A stretch of DNA of 64,000 nt from a virus (Duplodnaviria; Caudoviricetes). Of the stretch, positions 1 to 10,380 are shown piece by piece. The stretch lies in the IMG/VR virus record IMGVR_UViG_3300020037_003335, positions 1-64,000 of that record. The stretch is one strand, 5' to 3'. The translations under genes and the position numbers were made by a program. A model generated the notes under the pieces. That model saw nothing but the letters and a program-made list of their open reading frames with translations. It was not told the DNA's origin and did no database searches. Position 1 is the first letter of the stretch, and every line of letters starts with the position of its first letter.

Positions 1-59
1 CTTCAGAACAGCCAAGGACCAATGAAGACACCCTACAACTACGCTAAAGTTGTGATGGT
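1..59 (+). repeat. 59-bp exact direct copy of 1255-1313
   Basis: cttcagaacagcc...gttgtgatggt is identical at both places; the copies diverge at base 60. Confidence 0.95.
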
Positions 60-178
60 GCGGATATCCGAACGCCCAAAATTAGCGGGGGTGTATGAGG
101 TGGGAGGCCTTCCCTACCAAAAATTTAAACAATTTTAAAAAATTTATAAAAAAAAATAAAAAATAATTCACAAAAAGC

Positions 179-209
179 TTGCATTTAGCAAAACTTTGTT
201 GTATATTTG
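179..209 (+). promoter_or_regulatory. Bacteroidota primary-sigma promoter (-33 TTG, -7 TAnnTTTG)
   Basis: TTG 179-181, 20-nt spacer, TATATTTG 202-209, upstream of the first gene. Confidence 0.7.
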
Positions 210-311
210 CATTACCTTGAATCTTGGGAAAAAATCAGGCAACAAAAAACAAACTAAAAGAAAGAAAAAAAGAAGCAAAAAAAGAAAGAAAATTGAATAA
301 AGATTATTCTC

Positions 312-337
312 TATATATATACTAAAGTATATATATA
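312..337. repeat. perfect 12-bp AT-rich inverted repeat
   Basis: tatatatatact-aa-agtatatatata. Confidence 0.8.
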
Positions 338-421
338 ATAAAGACAACTTGTTATACAATATATTTATCGGAAATTTTCAATTTTTGAAGCTAACATAAC
401 ACAAGCAAAACACACAATACA

Positions 422-847
422 ATGCAAATTAAACGTAGATTTCCAAGAACTGATATTACGTATTCTAGGAAACAGATGCTAGAATTTAATATTTTAATAA
501 TGCAAGCTCTCTTTCCTGAAGCATTTACTGAAAAGGAACGTAAGATTTTAGTTGAGCTATGTCAGAATCTAGGTCCTAATGAACCTATTACTAAAACTTT
601 GAAATGGAGGATTATGGAATTAACTAATGTTGAGGAAATGAATACTCTGAACACATTCTTACGTAATATTGCCATGAAGCAAGGATTACTGTATACTACA
701 AAGAGTAAAAGGCAGTTGATAATAAACCCAGTTTTATATTTAGCTGAAGATGTTACTGAGCTAAACATTAATATTAATTTAAAAAGGCATGATCACACTG
801 TACCAACAGTTGGACAAGAAGTTTCAACAGAGGCTCCAGAAGCATAA
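422..847 (+). CDS. hypothetical protein, possibly winged-helix DNA-binding
   Basis: 141-aa ORF; TEKERKILVEL...LNTFLRNIAMKQGLL...LIINP pattern resembles a wHTH. Confidence 0.55.
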   Translation: MQIKRRFPRTDITYSRKQMLEFNILIMQALFPEAFTEKERKILVELCQNLGPNEPITKTLKWRIMELTNVEEMNTLNTFLRNIAMKQGLLYTTKSKRQLIINPVLYLAEDVTELNININLKRHDHTVPTVGQEVSTEAPEA

Positions 848-1199
848 AGTTACTAGTGAGGAAATTATTAAACATTTGTTTCAAATTACTAGAGCTAACC
901 TGCAAAGAGCTGATTGTCCTACTGTAAGACTGAAGTATTTTGGTAAGTTTGAAGTGAAAATTGAATATTTATTTAGGAAAATTAAGTACAATAAAACAGA
1001 CAAAGTGAGAATACAGCCTAAGTATATGAGTGATGAAGAGTACGATAAAAGGCTAAACACCTTAGAAGATTGGTTAGATTTATACGAATGTAAATTATCA
1101 AATTTAAATGCAGTTAAACACAAACGACTTACGTCAGACGCTCTCAGATTGGATACAGCAGCCCTCAAAGACTTATCCAATCAGCCTACTAAACCCTAA
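789..1199 (+). CDS. HU/IHF-like DNA-binding protein
   Basis: TVRLKYFGKFEVK resembles the HU/IHF beta-arm signature; IHF-like genes are typical of crAss-like phages. Confidence 0.55.
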   Translation: MITLYQQLDKKFQQRLQKHKVTSEEIIKHLFQITRANLQRADCPTVRLKYFGKFEVKIEYLFRKIKYNKTDKVRIQPKYMSDEEYDKRLNTLEDWLDLYECKLSNLNAVKHKRLTSDALRLDTAALKDLSNQPTKP

Positions 1200-1629
1200 A
1201 GATGTTCTAGTAGAGTTATTTACTTATTCAGAGTTCCAGGATTTAAAAATTCAGCTTCAGAACAGCCAAGGACCAATGAAGACACCCTACAACTACGCTA
1301 AAGTTGTGATGGTACCAGATGAAGCAATTATTGATAACTACAATCTTGATACTAACACGCTTCATAAACACAAGGTAGGTGATATCATATCATTTGATGA
1401 TTCACTTGTTGAAGGTACACCAATAACAGAAAAGGGATTTACGTCTGACGGCAGACCAAAAGGCGGGTATCTCCCACTAGGTAAGATCCTGCACTATATG
1501 TTTATACCAAATAAGCTAGAACCAAGTTATGAATTTTTATTTCTAGTACCTCAAGGTATAATTAAATACAAACACGATATAGATACTCTAATAATAGAGC
1601 AACTAGACCAAAACAAAGTAGAAAACTAA
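1108..1629 (+). CDS. hypothetical protein (start uncertain)
   Basis: 173-aa ORF in operon orientation, overlapping the previous gene. Confidence 0.6.
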   Translation: MQLNTNDLRQTLSDWIQQPSKTYPISLLNPKDVLVELFTYSEFQDLKIQLQNSQGPMKTPYNYAKVVMVPDEAIIDNYNLDTNTLHKHKVGDIISFDDSLVEGTPITEKGFTSDGRPKGGYLPLGKILHYMFIPNKLEPSYEFLFLVPQGIIKYKHDIDTLIIEQLDQNKVEN

Positions 1630-1636
1630 AAATCAA

Positions 1637-2038
1637 ATGTACTCCAAACAGAGCCAGAGCAAGCTTAACACATGTCATCCTTTGTTAATACAGATATTTA
1701 CTGAAGTAAGTAAAACATTTGATCACACTATTCTTGAAGGTACTAGAGATGAGGCTACTCAGAATAAGTATTTTAATGAAGGACTTACACAAGTAAAATA
1801 TCCTAACAGCAAACATAACTCTAACCCTTCTATGGCTGTAGATGCTGTGCCGTATCCAATAAATTGGAATGACAAATACAGGCTAGCAATCTTCATCGGC
1901 TATGTCCTAGCCACTGCACATCCAATTCTTGAAGCAACTCCTTATAAATTAGTTAGTGGAATAGATTGGGATGCTGATACATTCACAAAAGATCATTCAT
2001 TCTTAGATTTCCCACATTTTCAATTAGAGCTTAAGTAG
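1637..2038 (+). CDS. M15-family peptidoglycan endopeptidase (endolysin)
   Basis: EGTRxxxxQ, SKHNSNPSMAVD and DFPHFQL Zn-peptidase motifs. Confidence 0.88.
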   Translation: MYSKQSQSKLNTCHPLLIQIFTEVSKTFDHTILEGTRDEATQNKYFNEGLTQVKYPNSKHNSNPSMAVDAVPYPINWNDKYRLAIFIGYVLATAHPILEATPYKLVSGIDWDADTFTKDHSFLDFPHFQLELK

Positions 2039-2071
2039 AAAAAATAAAAAGGCAAAATAAAAAAAATAGCA

Positions 2072-2419
2072 ATGGAGCCAATCATAACCGTTAATACACG
2101 TAGGAGCGAGATTGTACAAAAGATATTTAAACACCTAATAGCTTGGTTAAAGCTAAATGGATTTACTTTAGTAGACAACATTAACAGTGAAGCTACAGAA
2201 ATTAAATCTTATATCTATGAAGGTGATAATTACACCATACAAGCAACCATTGATTATGAAAATCATATAGTTAAAGCACCTGGATACAGACATGAAATTA
2301 GCTTAATACTTGAAAACGATAATAACTTTGAAAGTGTTAAATGTGAATATATACAAGAGATATCCAAAATAATGGATACAAACCATCTAGACAATCTTCT
2401 TAAAGCAATTAAGATTTAA
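2072..2419 (+). CDS. hypothetical protein
   Basis: 115-aa ORF with A-rich leader. Confidence 0.6.
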   Translation: MEPIITVNTRRSEIVQKIFKHLIAWLKLNGFTLVDNINSEATEIKSYIYEGDNYTIQATIDYENHIVKAPGYRHEISLILENDNNFESVKCEYIQEISKIMDTNHLDNLLKAIKI

Positions 2420-2420
2420 A

Positions 2421-2777
2421 ATGGGTTTAATAAACAAGTATAAGACAGACTTAATAAACAAGATGGAACAAATAAATAAAATGGAAGCAGTAAATAAAAT
2501 GGAAGCTACACGTGGACTAGACTTAGGAGAATTAATAAACTTATTGCCTGCAGCTTTAAAAGCTACTGCAAATATTTCAGATCAAATCAAGCTTACTAAA
2601 CAAGGACAAAAGCCAGCAGTAACTGTAGCTAATGTATTAAACTCTACTATCGTAGTTCTTAATCAAGCTATTAATGATGCAGACTTAACACCAGAACAAT
2701 TAAAAGTTTATCAAAAGATTATTGCATACGTAACATCAGCTACAGCTGCTATAGTTACAATTGAAGCTAGAGCATAA
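2421..2777 (+). CDS. hypothetical protein with N-terminal tandem repeat (true start may be internal)
   Basis: 118-aa ORF; NKMEx repeated three times. Confidence 0.6.
   Translation: MGLINKYKTDLINKMEQINKMEAVNKMEATRGLDLGELINLLPAALKATANISDQIKLTKQGQKPAVTVANVLNSTIVVLNQAINDADLTPEQLKVYQKIIAYVTSATAAIVTIEARA
2455..2508 (+). repeat. three 18-bp tandem repeats, each with an in-frame ATG
   Basis: taaacaagatggaacaaa / taaataaaatggaagcag / taaataaaatggaagcta. Confidence 0.85.
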
Positions 2778-2801
2778 CCACAAATAAAAAGAACACAAAC
2801 T

Positions 2802-3170
2802 ATGACTTTAAAACAATGCGAAGAAGGTACAGAAATAATTAAAGCTAAGTTAGTTAATGCTGGATACGAACTAAAGAAAACAGAAGAAGGTACGGTAGTT
2901 ATAAATTGGAGGGATAAAGAGGCTAGTTGCAATAAATATAACTACATACATCCAGAACATGGCACAAGAATTTTAGTGCAGTACTGCAAAGAAACTTCTG
3001 GCTCTAGCAAATACGAGTTTATAACAATGGCGTATTTCAAAAACACAACTATAAGCTGTGGACTTAGGATCAGAGAAGAAGACCTAGAAAGTGGCTTTAA
3101 AAGAGAAATAGATCGTTACATATCTAAATGTAATGAAATAGTAGAAGATAAACAGTTCACGGAAGAATAA
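2802..3170 (+). CDS. hypothetical protein
   Basis: 122-aa ORF with A-rich leader. Confidence 0.6.
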   Translation: MTLKQCEEGTEIIKAKLVNAGYELKKTEEGTVVINWRDKEASCNKYNYIHPEHGTRILVQYCKETSGSSKYEFITMAYFKNTTISCGLRIREEDLESGFKREIDRYISKCNEIVEDKQFTEE

Positions 3171-3190
3171 AACAATCACAAACAAACTAA

Positions 3191-3748
3191 ATGGAAAACG
3201 ATATAGACTTAGCTTTAGCTATTCCAGTAACAGAGTACTCACGCAGCGTTATTGATGTAGTTATGAACTGGTTAACAGGGCAAACAGAGCAGAAAAGCAA
3301 GGAAGATGTACAGTACAACAAGCTAATATTCAACGATGATCAGATAGGTGTACTATCTACATTTGCAGAATGCATAGCATACTTCACTACAGAAGAGAAT
3401 CCAGACACCGATGCAGCAAATTGGGATCCAGCTAAAATAGCACAAATGATTTATCCATCTCCAAGCTACATTTTATGTGTATACCCAGAAGATCAAATTG
3501 GAAATGTGGAGTATAATGAAGAAAACGACCATACAACCACAGTAGATGTAGATGGAGTAGAAGTTGAAATTACACCAAAGAAAGAAAACTTAACCTATAC
3601 TAGAGTATACTTGATACAAGATATCCTTGATGATATTATAGGCGCAACTGAAGTAGAAGAGACAGAAGCACAAATAGAAAAACAAGAAGTGGAAGCGGAA
3701 ACAAAGCCAATAGAAACAAAACCAATAGAAACACAAAATGGATTATAG
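3191..3748 (+). CDS. acidic hypothetical protein
   Basis: 185-aa ORF; ETKPI repeat at the C-terminus. Confidence 0.65.
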   Translation: MENDIDLALAIPVTEYSRSVIDVVMNWLTGQTEQKSKEDVQYNKLIFNDDQIGVLSTFAECIAYFTTEENPDTDAANWDPAKIAQMIYPSPSYILCVYPEDQIGNVEYNEENDHTTTVDVDGVEVEITPKKENLTYTRVYLIQDILDDIIGATEVEETEAQIEKQEVEAETKPIETKPIETQNGL

Positions 3749-4064
3749 TAAACTAACATGGAAGGATATTACTCCTGCCAATATCAAAGCCTTTGTGCTT
3801 GGCTACTTCCGTTCTTGGACAGTAACTTTGTACAATGAACACTTTCGTTGGGTGGAAGAAAGGGCTAAGTATAGAGAAGAACAAGTAGCTATCAAGTCGC
3901 CTGAATGTTTAAATCATGGTAGCTGTAAACATTGTGGATGCACTATACCAGAATTATTCTATGCAGATAAAGGCTGTTCAGCCACACCTCCATGCTATGA
4001 AGCAATTAATTCTAAAGACGAATGGATAGAATTTAAAACAATACAATCACTAACACAAGCATAA
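3738..4064 (+). CDS. Cys-rich putative Zn-finger protein
   Basis: CLNHGSCKHCGC...C...C. Confidence 0.65.
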   Translation: MDYSKLTWKDITPANIKAFVLGYFRSWTVTLYNEHFRWVEERAKYREEQVAIKSPECLNHGSCKHCGCTIPELFYADKGCSATPPCYEAINSKDEWIEFKTIQSLTQA

Positions 4065-4066
4065 AA

Positions 4067-4519
4067 ATGACAACTCCAAAAATTAATATAGTAGAAGCAC
4101 AGAAGAATGTGGTAGAAATAAAACTGCCTGCTCCTGATGCAACAGCGACAATAGCAACACCACCAGTAATACAAGAAACTCCATCAGCACCACAAAACCC
4201 ACCAGTTTTAATAGTATTAGAATGGGATAGAACAGTAATTGATATGGGAATAGTAGCACCTGGCAGTAAACAAAAATATGAATTTAATTACCTAGGCACA
4301 AAGAAAATTACTGATGTTAAAACTTCTTGTGGCTGCACAAGTGCATTAACTAAAGGTAGCACCATTAGTGGTGTGTGGACTATCGGCTCTGATTATTCAG
4401 CAGTAAAAGAAATTGAATCCCTTACTAGTCGTACAGTTACAGCAACATTTAATGATGGTTCTAAGCAAGTATTAACCTTGAAAGCTACTGTAAACAAGAT
4501 GTTTAAAATTCAGAAGTAG
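4067..4519 (+). CDS. DUF1573-like Ig-fold protein
   Basis: IDMGIV...FNYLG...ITDVKTSCGCT matches the Bacteroidota DUF1573 signature. Confidence 0.7.
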   Translation: MTTPKINIVEAQKNVVEIKLPAPDATATIATPPVIQETPSAPQNPPVLIVLEWDRTVIDMGIVAPGSKQKYEFNYLGTKKITDVKTSCGCTSALTKGSTISGVWTIGSDYSAVKEIESLTSRTVTATFNDGSKQVLTLKATVNKMFKIQK

Positions 4520-4562
4520 TAAGAAAAGAGAAAAGAAACTAATAAACAAAAACAAAAACAAA

Positions 4563-4856
4563 ATGCAAATCATATACAAGATATTTCAGAAAGATGTTAC
4601 AGGAATAACTGATGCAGCTAGTTTAGCTAAGAAAAACGCTCAATGGGAATTGGTAACTATCTTCCAAAATAGCACTAAAGCTGATGCTCTAAAATACATA
4701 GAGTTCTGCTTAGGTATTGAAGAACTAAAAGCTAAATTTGATTATGATGGTAGAAGCTTGAAGTTTAAAGTTGAAGAAGAGTATATGGAAAGTCCACTTA
4801 AATGCACAGCAAAAAATGTTAACATAAAAGCAAATGGAGCACAACCTTGTAAGTAA
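4563..4856 (+). CDS. hypothetical protein
   Basis: 97-aa ORF. Confidence 0.55.
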   Translation: MQIIYKIFQKDVTGITDAASLAKKNAQWELVTIFQNSTKADALKYIEFCLGIEELKAKFDYDGRSLKFKVEEEYMESPLKCTAKNVNIKANGAQPCK

Positions 4857-5367
4857 CTCTGATATAGAAAGTAACTTCTGGCAACAGAATCCAGCTGCAT
4901 TAACTATTCCTGAGTTTAAAGAGAAATATGATCAAGATAAAAGTAAACAGAAAACAAACAGCTCTAAAATGATGTGGTGTTTATTCATGTTACGTGATCA
5001 GACTAGCTTAAATAAACTCAGGAATATGAGTGTAGCAGATAAGATTGCTGAACTAACTGTAACGTATTATGATGGTGATTGGAAAGAAATTGAAACTTTG
5101 TACTCAGCATACGATAAACATGTCAGCAGTTATGTACATAAAAGGCTAGCATTCTGGAAAGATCAATTAGAAGAGCGTGAAGCTTACATACGAACTTTAA
5201 AGTATGACATAGATACTGAAGCAGATAAGAAAGAAAAGATGTTAGCTAGTATGTACAAGCTGTGGCAAGACTATGAACGTGCTGAACGTATGGTTAAAGA
5301 AGAAGATAATAAAGCTGAAACCAAAGGTCAACGCAGAGAGAGTGCTAGTGAACGTGGCGAGATTTAA
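4834..5367 (+). CDS. conserved pre-terminase protein (possible small terminase subunit)
   Basis: helical 177-aa ORF immediately upstream of terL. Confidence 0.55.
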   Translation: MEHNLVSNSDIESNFWQQNPAALTIPEFKEKYDQDKSKQKTNSSKMMWCLFMLRDQTSLNKLRNMSVADKIAELTVTYYDGDWKEIETLYSAYDKHVSSYVHKRLAFWKDQLEEREAYIRTLKYDIDTEADKKEKMLASMYKLWQDYERAERMVKEEDNKAETKGQRRESASERGEI

Positions 5368-5378
5368 AATAAATAAGA

Positions 5379-7769
5379 ATGTACCCAAAAATAGAGAATC
5401 TAAAAAACTTAATACCAGAGGCGCATCCTACTCATCATCCAAGTACAAGAGCTTATCACGAATATTGGAAAGAACAAAAAAGGAGATGCATTGAGGGGTA
5501 CTGGTTCTGGGACAGTAAAAATCCTATTAACGATACAGAGCAAGGATACAGGTGGGCAATGCCCACCTTGTATTTTTATGGTAGTATGGCTTTAATTAAG
5601 CAAACTGATCATAAATATAATGTTACTAGAAAGGTTAGAGCAAGGATAGACGATGTAGAATGGATTGTATTTAGCGCTTATGCGGTATGTAGAGGGTTCT
5701 CTGGTTTTGAACTAGCGGATTTTACATGCCACATGGGCGTTTTATCATATGCCAAAGACATGAAACGTAGTACTGGAAATAAAGAATTTGATATTACTAA
5801 TCAAAGATTCACAGTAGATGAGGTAGATACATTGAAACGTAGATACTTTTTATCTGATGCCTGCTTCAACAAAGACGGAAGGGAAAAAGGAGCTGATTAT
5901 TTAAACAGTAGTACAAGCAGAATGTACAGATTCAAGCCTTACGTTGATCCACTGGATGCAATTAAAGCTAAATATACTTTGCCATTAGGCAAAGCTTTGT
6001 ATGAAAGTCAAGCACAGAATTTATTCATTTTAGGTTCAAGGGGAACAGGTAAGTCTTACACAGTAGCTGCTGCTATTGCAGCTGAGATATTATTTGATGG
6101 AGCTAAGCAGTATGATTTAGAGTATCTTAAGAATCCACCTGTTATTACTGTTGGTGTTGGAGCATACAAAGCAGATAAGTCTGAGAATTTAATGCGTATG
6201 GTAGTATCAATTATTAATGACTTACCTGGAAAATTTGGTTCGGGAAGTGAGAGCGAACCTTCACCATTATGGAAAAATCTAGCTGGTACTACTAATGCAG
6301 GCAGCAAGCTAGTACATAAATACGATGTCAAAGAAGGCGGTAACTGGGGACAAAAAGGTTCTGGCTCTACAGTTGTACATGAAGTAATGACTGTCAATAA
6401 TCCTGAAGCTTTAGCTGGTTATAGATGTACAATGATTGCAATTGATGAAGTAGGTTTATTACCTAATGTTAAGGCTGTACACGGATCAAATGAGGCTGTA
6501 CAGATAACTGAAGGACGTAAATTTGGTATGGCATGGTACTTAGGTACAGGTGGTAATATTGATAAAGTAGTAGAATCACAGTATATGTTCTACCGACCTG
6601 GTGAATATAATATGCTTGGCTTTGAGGATACTTGGGAACATTCAGGTAAAACTGGTTTGTTTATTCCAGTAGAATACACATACCGAGATTTAAAAGATGA
6701 TAACGGAAATACTATTTGGGAGCTAGCTACAGAAAGAATTGAGAACCGCAGAAAGGGCAAAAAGCATGATGCGCTAGCAATGGATAAAATGAATTATCCT
6801 AGGGTTCCATCTGATATGTTTATAAATGCCAGAGGTACGCTATTTCCTCAAGAAGAGATTCAAGCTCAACTTAGATATCTTGAAGCTAATAAGAATAAAA
6901 TAGAAAAATTTACTAGCACTGGTGAAATTGTTTATGATCCACAGGAGACTTATGGAGTTAAATTTATACCAGATACTAAGCACCAACTTAAACAAATTGA
7001 AGAATTTCCAATTCGTGATGGAGCTAGCATACAAGGTTGTTTAACTATTTATGAACATCCACCAGAAGTTATTCCAGTACATTTATATAAGGTTACATAC
7101 GACCCTGTACGAGATGATAATATTGAGAAGATGAGTAAAGGTGTATCCTTAGCTGCAATTTATGTACATAAAGCAGTACAGAAATTTGATGGTGTGCATG
7201 ATATGCTTGTGGCTCATTACGTAGGTAGATTGCCTAATGTAGACATGCTTCATGAAATGGCTATCAAGATGTCGTTGTACTACAACGCTAAGTTGATGGT
7301 TGAGATGAACTTAAATGGATGTTATAAATATTGTATTGAAACTAAACGCTTAGGCTTACTTGCACCTACACCGATGACTACTATTGGGAAGATTAATCCT
7401 AATATAAAACAAAGGTATAACGTGGGTATCAAGATGACTGAAGACTTGATTATCCAGGCTGAGCAATACCTAATTAGATGGCTATTAAAGGAACGGGATA
7501 ATGAGTATGATGAACTGGGCAACATAGTGAAAACATACCGTAACATTAACTATATTTATGACAAACCACTCTTACAAGAACTACTAAGCTATAACAGGGT
7601 TATAAATACGGATAGAGTTTCAGCTTTATTGTTGCTAATGTTGTGGTATGAAGAGAATAAAGAATTGAAACCTAAAGAAGAATTTACAGAAGTTGAAGAA
7701 AAGAAAACCATATACACAATATTCGATAACTCGTATTACAGGTATCATAACCAAAACAAATTTTTGTAA
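5379..7769 (+). CDS. terL: terminase large subunit
   Basis: Walker A GSRGTGKS, Walker B IAIDEVG, GTGG motif, nuclease YDPV and NTDRVSA. Confidence 0.95.
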   Translation: MYPKIENLKNLIPEAHPTHHPSTRAYHEYWKEQKRRCIEGYWFWDSKNPINDTEQGYRWAMPTLYFYGSMALIKQTDHKYNVTRKVRARIDDVEWIVFSAYAVCRGFSGFELADFTCHMGVLSYAKDMKRSTGNKEFDITNQRFTVDEVDTLKRRYFLSDACFNKDGREKGADYLNSSTSRMYRFKPYVDPLDAIKAKYTLPLGKALYESQAQNLFILGSRGTGKSYTVAAAIAAEILFDGAKQYDLEYLKNPPVITVGVGAYKADKSENLMRMVVSIINDLPGKFGSGSESEPSPLWKNLAGTTNAGSKLVHKYDVKEGGNWGQKGSGSTVVHEVMTVNNPEALAGYRCTMIAIDEVGLLPNVKAVHGSNEAVQITEGRKFGMAWYLGTGGNIDKVVESQYMFYRPGEYNMLGFEDTWEHSGKTGLFIPVEYTYRDLKDDNGNTIWELATERIENRRKGKKHDALAMDKMNYPRVPSDMFINARGTLFPQEEIQAQLRYLEANKNKIEKFTSTGEIVYDPQETYGVKFIPDTKHQLKQIEEFPIRDGASIQGCLTIYEHPPEVIPVHLYKVTYDPVRDDNIEKMSKGVSLAAIYVHKAVQKFDGVHDMLVAHYVGRLPNVDMLHEMAIKMSLYYNAKLMVEMNLNGCYKYCIETKRLGLLAPTPMTTIGKINPNIKQRYNVGIKMTEDLIIQAEQYLIRWLLKERDNEYDELGNIVKTYRNINYIYDKPLLQELLSYNRVINTDRVSALLLLMLWYEENKELKPKEEFTEVEEKKTIYTIFDNSYYRYHNQNKFL

Positions 7770-7834
7770 AGAAAAAACAAAAAAACAGAAAAAAAGAAAA
7801 TGAAAAACAAACATCAAATTAAATAAATACAACA

Positions 7835-10318
7835 GTGGGAGAATTTACAGAATCGGCTAAATTTCTAACTGGTTTGCATAATGGTAATAATAAAGCTCCG
7901 TATGAACTGAGAGACAGGATATCGTATAAGAAGAAGATTGCTAATAATTATGCTTGGGCTAAAGCTAAAGCAGATTACTACGATGGACATTCGATGATGT
8001 CTTTTGAAAATAAGAGAAAAATAAAAGAATACTATGACTTGTTTCATGGTAAATTTGACACTGCTCAGTATAAGAATGTGGCTAATCCATTTAACTTACA
8101 AGGCAGCGATTTTTCTCAAATAGAGCATATTGATATTTTATCATTACCGTTACGTGAACTTATTGGAGAAGAAATCAAGCGCCCGTTAGCAATGACGGCA
8201 ATTGCAATTAACACAGACAGCTTGTCTGAGAAACGTACAAAGATTACTGAGGCATACAAGAAGTTTGTTTATGACGAAATCATGGCAGGCGTTCAACAAC
8301 AGTTGGAACAAGAGATGCCAGGACATGAAAAAGATGAAAAGCTACATCAGCAGTATCAACAGGCTCTTGAAGAACAGACTCCGCCCAAGCTTAAAGAATT
8401 ACTTAGCGAAGCTAATAAGCTGCCTGAAGAAACTTTAGCACAACACTTATTAACATATCTTATCAAAGAGCAAGATATGGCAATTAAGTTCAACAAAGGT
8501 TGGGAAGATGCTATTATATCTGCACATGAGATTTATTATATTACTAGTATACGCAATAAGCCTATAGTACAGCGTGTTAACCCTATGAATTTCTTTTACA
8601 TTAAGTCTAAGGATTCAGAATGGATACAAGACTCAGAGGCATGTGTACATGAGCGTGTATTAAATCTTTATGAAGTGTACGATGAATTTGGACATGAAAT
8701 GACTGAAGAAGATAGATTAAAACTTGATGAAATATTGTCTGGTAAAAGTTTAACTTCGCAAGGTCTTACAGCTATTGATGCTTTAGGTATCAAGATGATT
8801 GCAGATGTTAATACAATGGAATTAGTTGCTTCAAATATTTCATACGAGGATATTCCAATTAAGAACTTAAAGTTCAGAGTTGCACATATTGTATGGAAGT
8901 CAATGAAGAAAGTTATATTCTTAACTACTACTAATCCAGAAGATCCAGAAGGTGAGCCAATAGAAGTTGTTGTAGATGAATCTTATATCTTTAATCCAGA
9001 ATTTGATTTAGCACAGCAAGTAGCTTGGGTACCAGAATGGTGGGAAACTACCAAAATAGGAACAGAGCTTTATATTAAGATGCAACCATTGAAAAATCAG
9101 TATCGTAATATTGAAGATCCGTACAACGTTAAAGGCTGTTTCTATGGTTTAACTTATGATAGCAATAACAGTACACCCACTTCATTACTTGGACGTGGTT
9201 TAGAATGGCAGATTTATTATGATATTATTTGGTACAGACTTAAAGAAGCTATTGCTAAAGATTATGGTAAAGTAATGATAGGTTTGGCATCTCAGATACC
9301 AAGTGATATTGGACCAGAGAAATGGTTGTATTACCTGCTTACTAACAAAATAGGTTTGATAAATCCTAACGCTGAAAATATGATGGGCAGTGATCCACAG
9401 TATTGGAAATCTATCGATATGTCTAACTCTGCAGATATTGCTAAGTATATTGAATTATTGAATTTCATAGAACAGCGTTGTCTGAAGGCTGTAGGCTCAA
9501 ATGAAAATAGACTAGGTACAGCTACTCCGTATGAGACAGTTGGTAACAATCAGCAGAAATTGATACAGTCTTCTAATATAACAGAATACTTCTTCTTGAT
9601 GCACAATAAACTAAAAGAAGTTGTGTGCACTGCTATTGTAGAACAAGCGAAGATAGCGTATAAAGATAAAGAGCCGTTTGTATTGACGTATATTGTTGAT
9701 GAATTAGAAAAAGTGTCTTTCAATATGGACCCAAATAACTTAGCGATGTCTGAGTTCGGGGTATTCTTGACTAATTCAGCTGAAGACTTCCAGTCTATTC
9801 AGCAACTTAAATCTTTGGTGCAGCCACTTATACAGAATAGTAATGGAGACTTCAGATACGTTATGGAAGTACTTACTGCTAAAAATCCTGCAACTATTAA
9901 ACGTCTAAGTGAGCTTCAACATCAAGAGATGATGCAGCAGCAGCAGGCTCAACAACAAGCTCAGCAACAGCAAGTTCAGGCACAAATTGAAGCTCAGGCC
10001 AAATTAGCCAAAGAGCAACAAGATTGGCAGGCTGAACAAAATCAATTAGATCGTGACTTCAGATTAAAAGAAGCTATGATTAAAGGTATGGGCTTTGCAC
10101 AAGATACTGATGTTAACCAGAACTTAATTCCTGATATGTTAGAGATATCCAAGTTCACACATGATGCTCGCATTAAACAACAAGAGATGAGCCTAAGAGA
10201 ACGTGAGCTAGTTGAGAATAATGTATCAGAAGAACGTGACCGTCAAATTAAGTTAAAGGAATTAGAAATCAAAGACAAGGAAGCTAACACACGTGCCAAA
10301 CAGAAGACGGCAAAGTAG
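7835..10318 (+). CDS. portal protein
   Basis: 827 aa, GTG start, follows terL; LIGEEIKRP, RVNP, QSSNITE and Q-rich coiled C-terminus typical of crAss portals. Confidence 0.9.
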   Translation: MGEFTESAKFLTGLHNGNNKAPYELRDRISYKKKIANNYAWAKAKADYYDGHSMMSFENKRKIKEYYDLFHGKFDTAQYKNVANPFNLQGSDFSQIEHIDILSLPLRELIGEEIKRPLAMTAIAINTDSLSEKRTKITEAYKKFVYDEIMAGVQQQLEQEMPGHEKDEKLHQQYQQALEEQTPPKLKELLSEANKLPEETLAQHLLTYLIKEQDMAIKFNKGWEDAIISAHEIYYITSIRNKPIVQRVNPMNFFYIKSKDSEWIQDSEACVHERVLNLYEVYDEFGHEMTEEDRLKLDEILSGKSLTSQGLTAIDALGIKMIADVNTMELVASNISYEDIPIKNLKFRVAHIVWKSMKKVIFLTTTNPEDPEGEPIEVVVDESYIFNPEFDLAQQVAWVPEWWETTKIGTELYIKMQPLKNQYRNIEDPYNVKGCFYGLTYDSNNSTPTSLLGRGLEWQIYYDIIWYRLKEAIAKDYGKVMIGLASQIPSDIGPEKWLYYLLTNKIGLINPNAENMMGSDPQYWKSIDMSNSADIAKYIELLNFIEQRCLKAVGSNENRLGTATPYETVGNNQQKLIQSSNITEYFFLMHNKLKEVVCTAIVEQAKIAYKDKEPFVLTYIVDELEKVSFNMDPNNLAMSEFGVFLTNSAEDFQSIQQLKSLVQPLIQNSNGDFRYVMEVLTAKNPATIKRLSELQHQEMMQQQQAQQQAQQQQVQAQIEAQAKLAKEQQDWQAEQNQLDRDFRLKEAMIKGMGFAQDTDVNQNLIPDMLEISKFTHDARIKQQEMSLRERELVENNVSEERDRQIKLKELEIKDKEANTRAKQKTAK

Positions 10319-10380
10319 TAAATGAAAAACAGAATAAAATAAAAACCAAAAATAAAAAGTAAACCACAACACAGCACAAC

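Noticed and set aside
5700-5990. Extra segment in terminase before Walker A as an intein or intron
   Set aside because: No Hint-domain ends (C...HN) or homing-endonuclease motifs, and the frame is uninterrupted
9930-9985. CAG/CAA-rich repeat in portal
   Set aside because: Ordinary Gln-rich coiled-coil tail common in portal proteins
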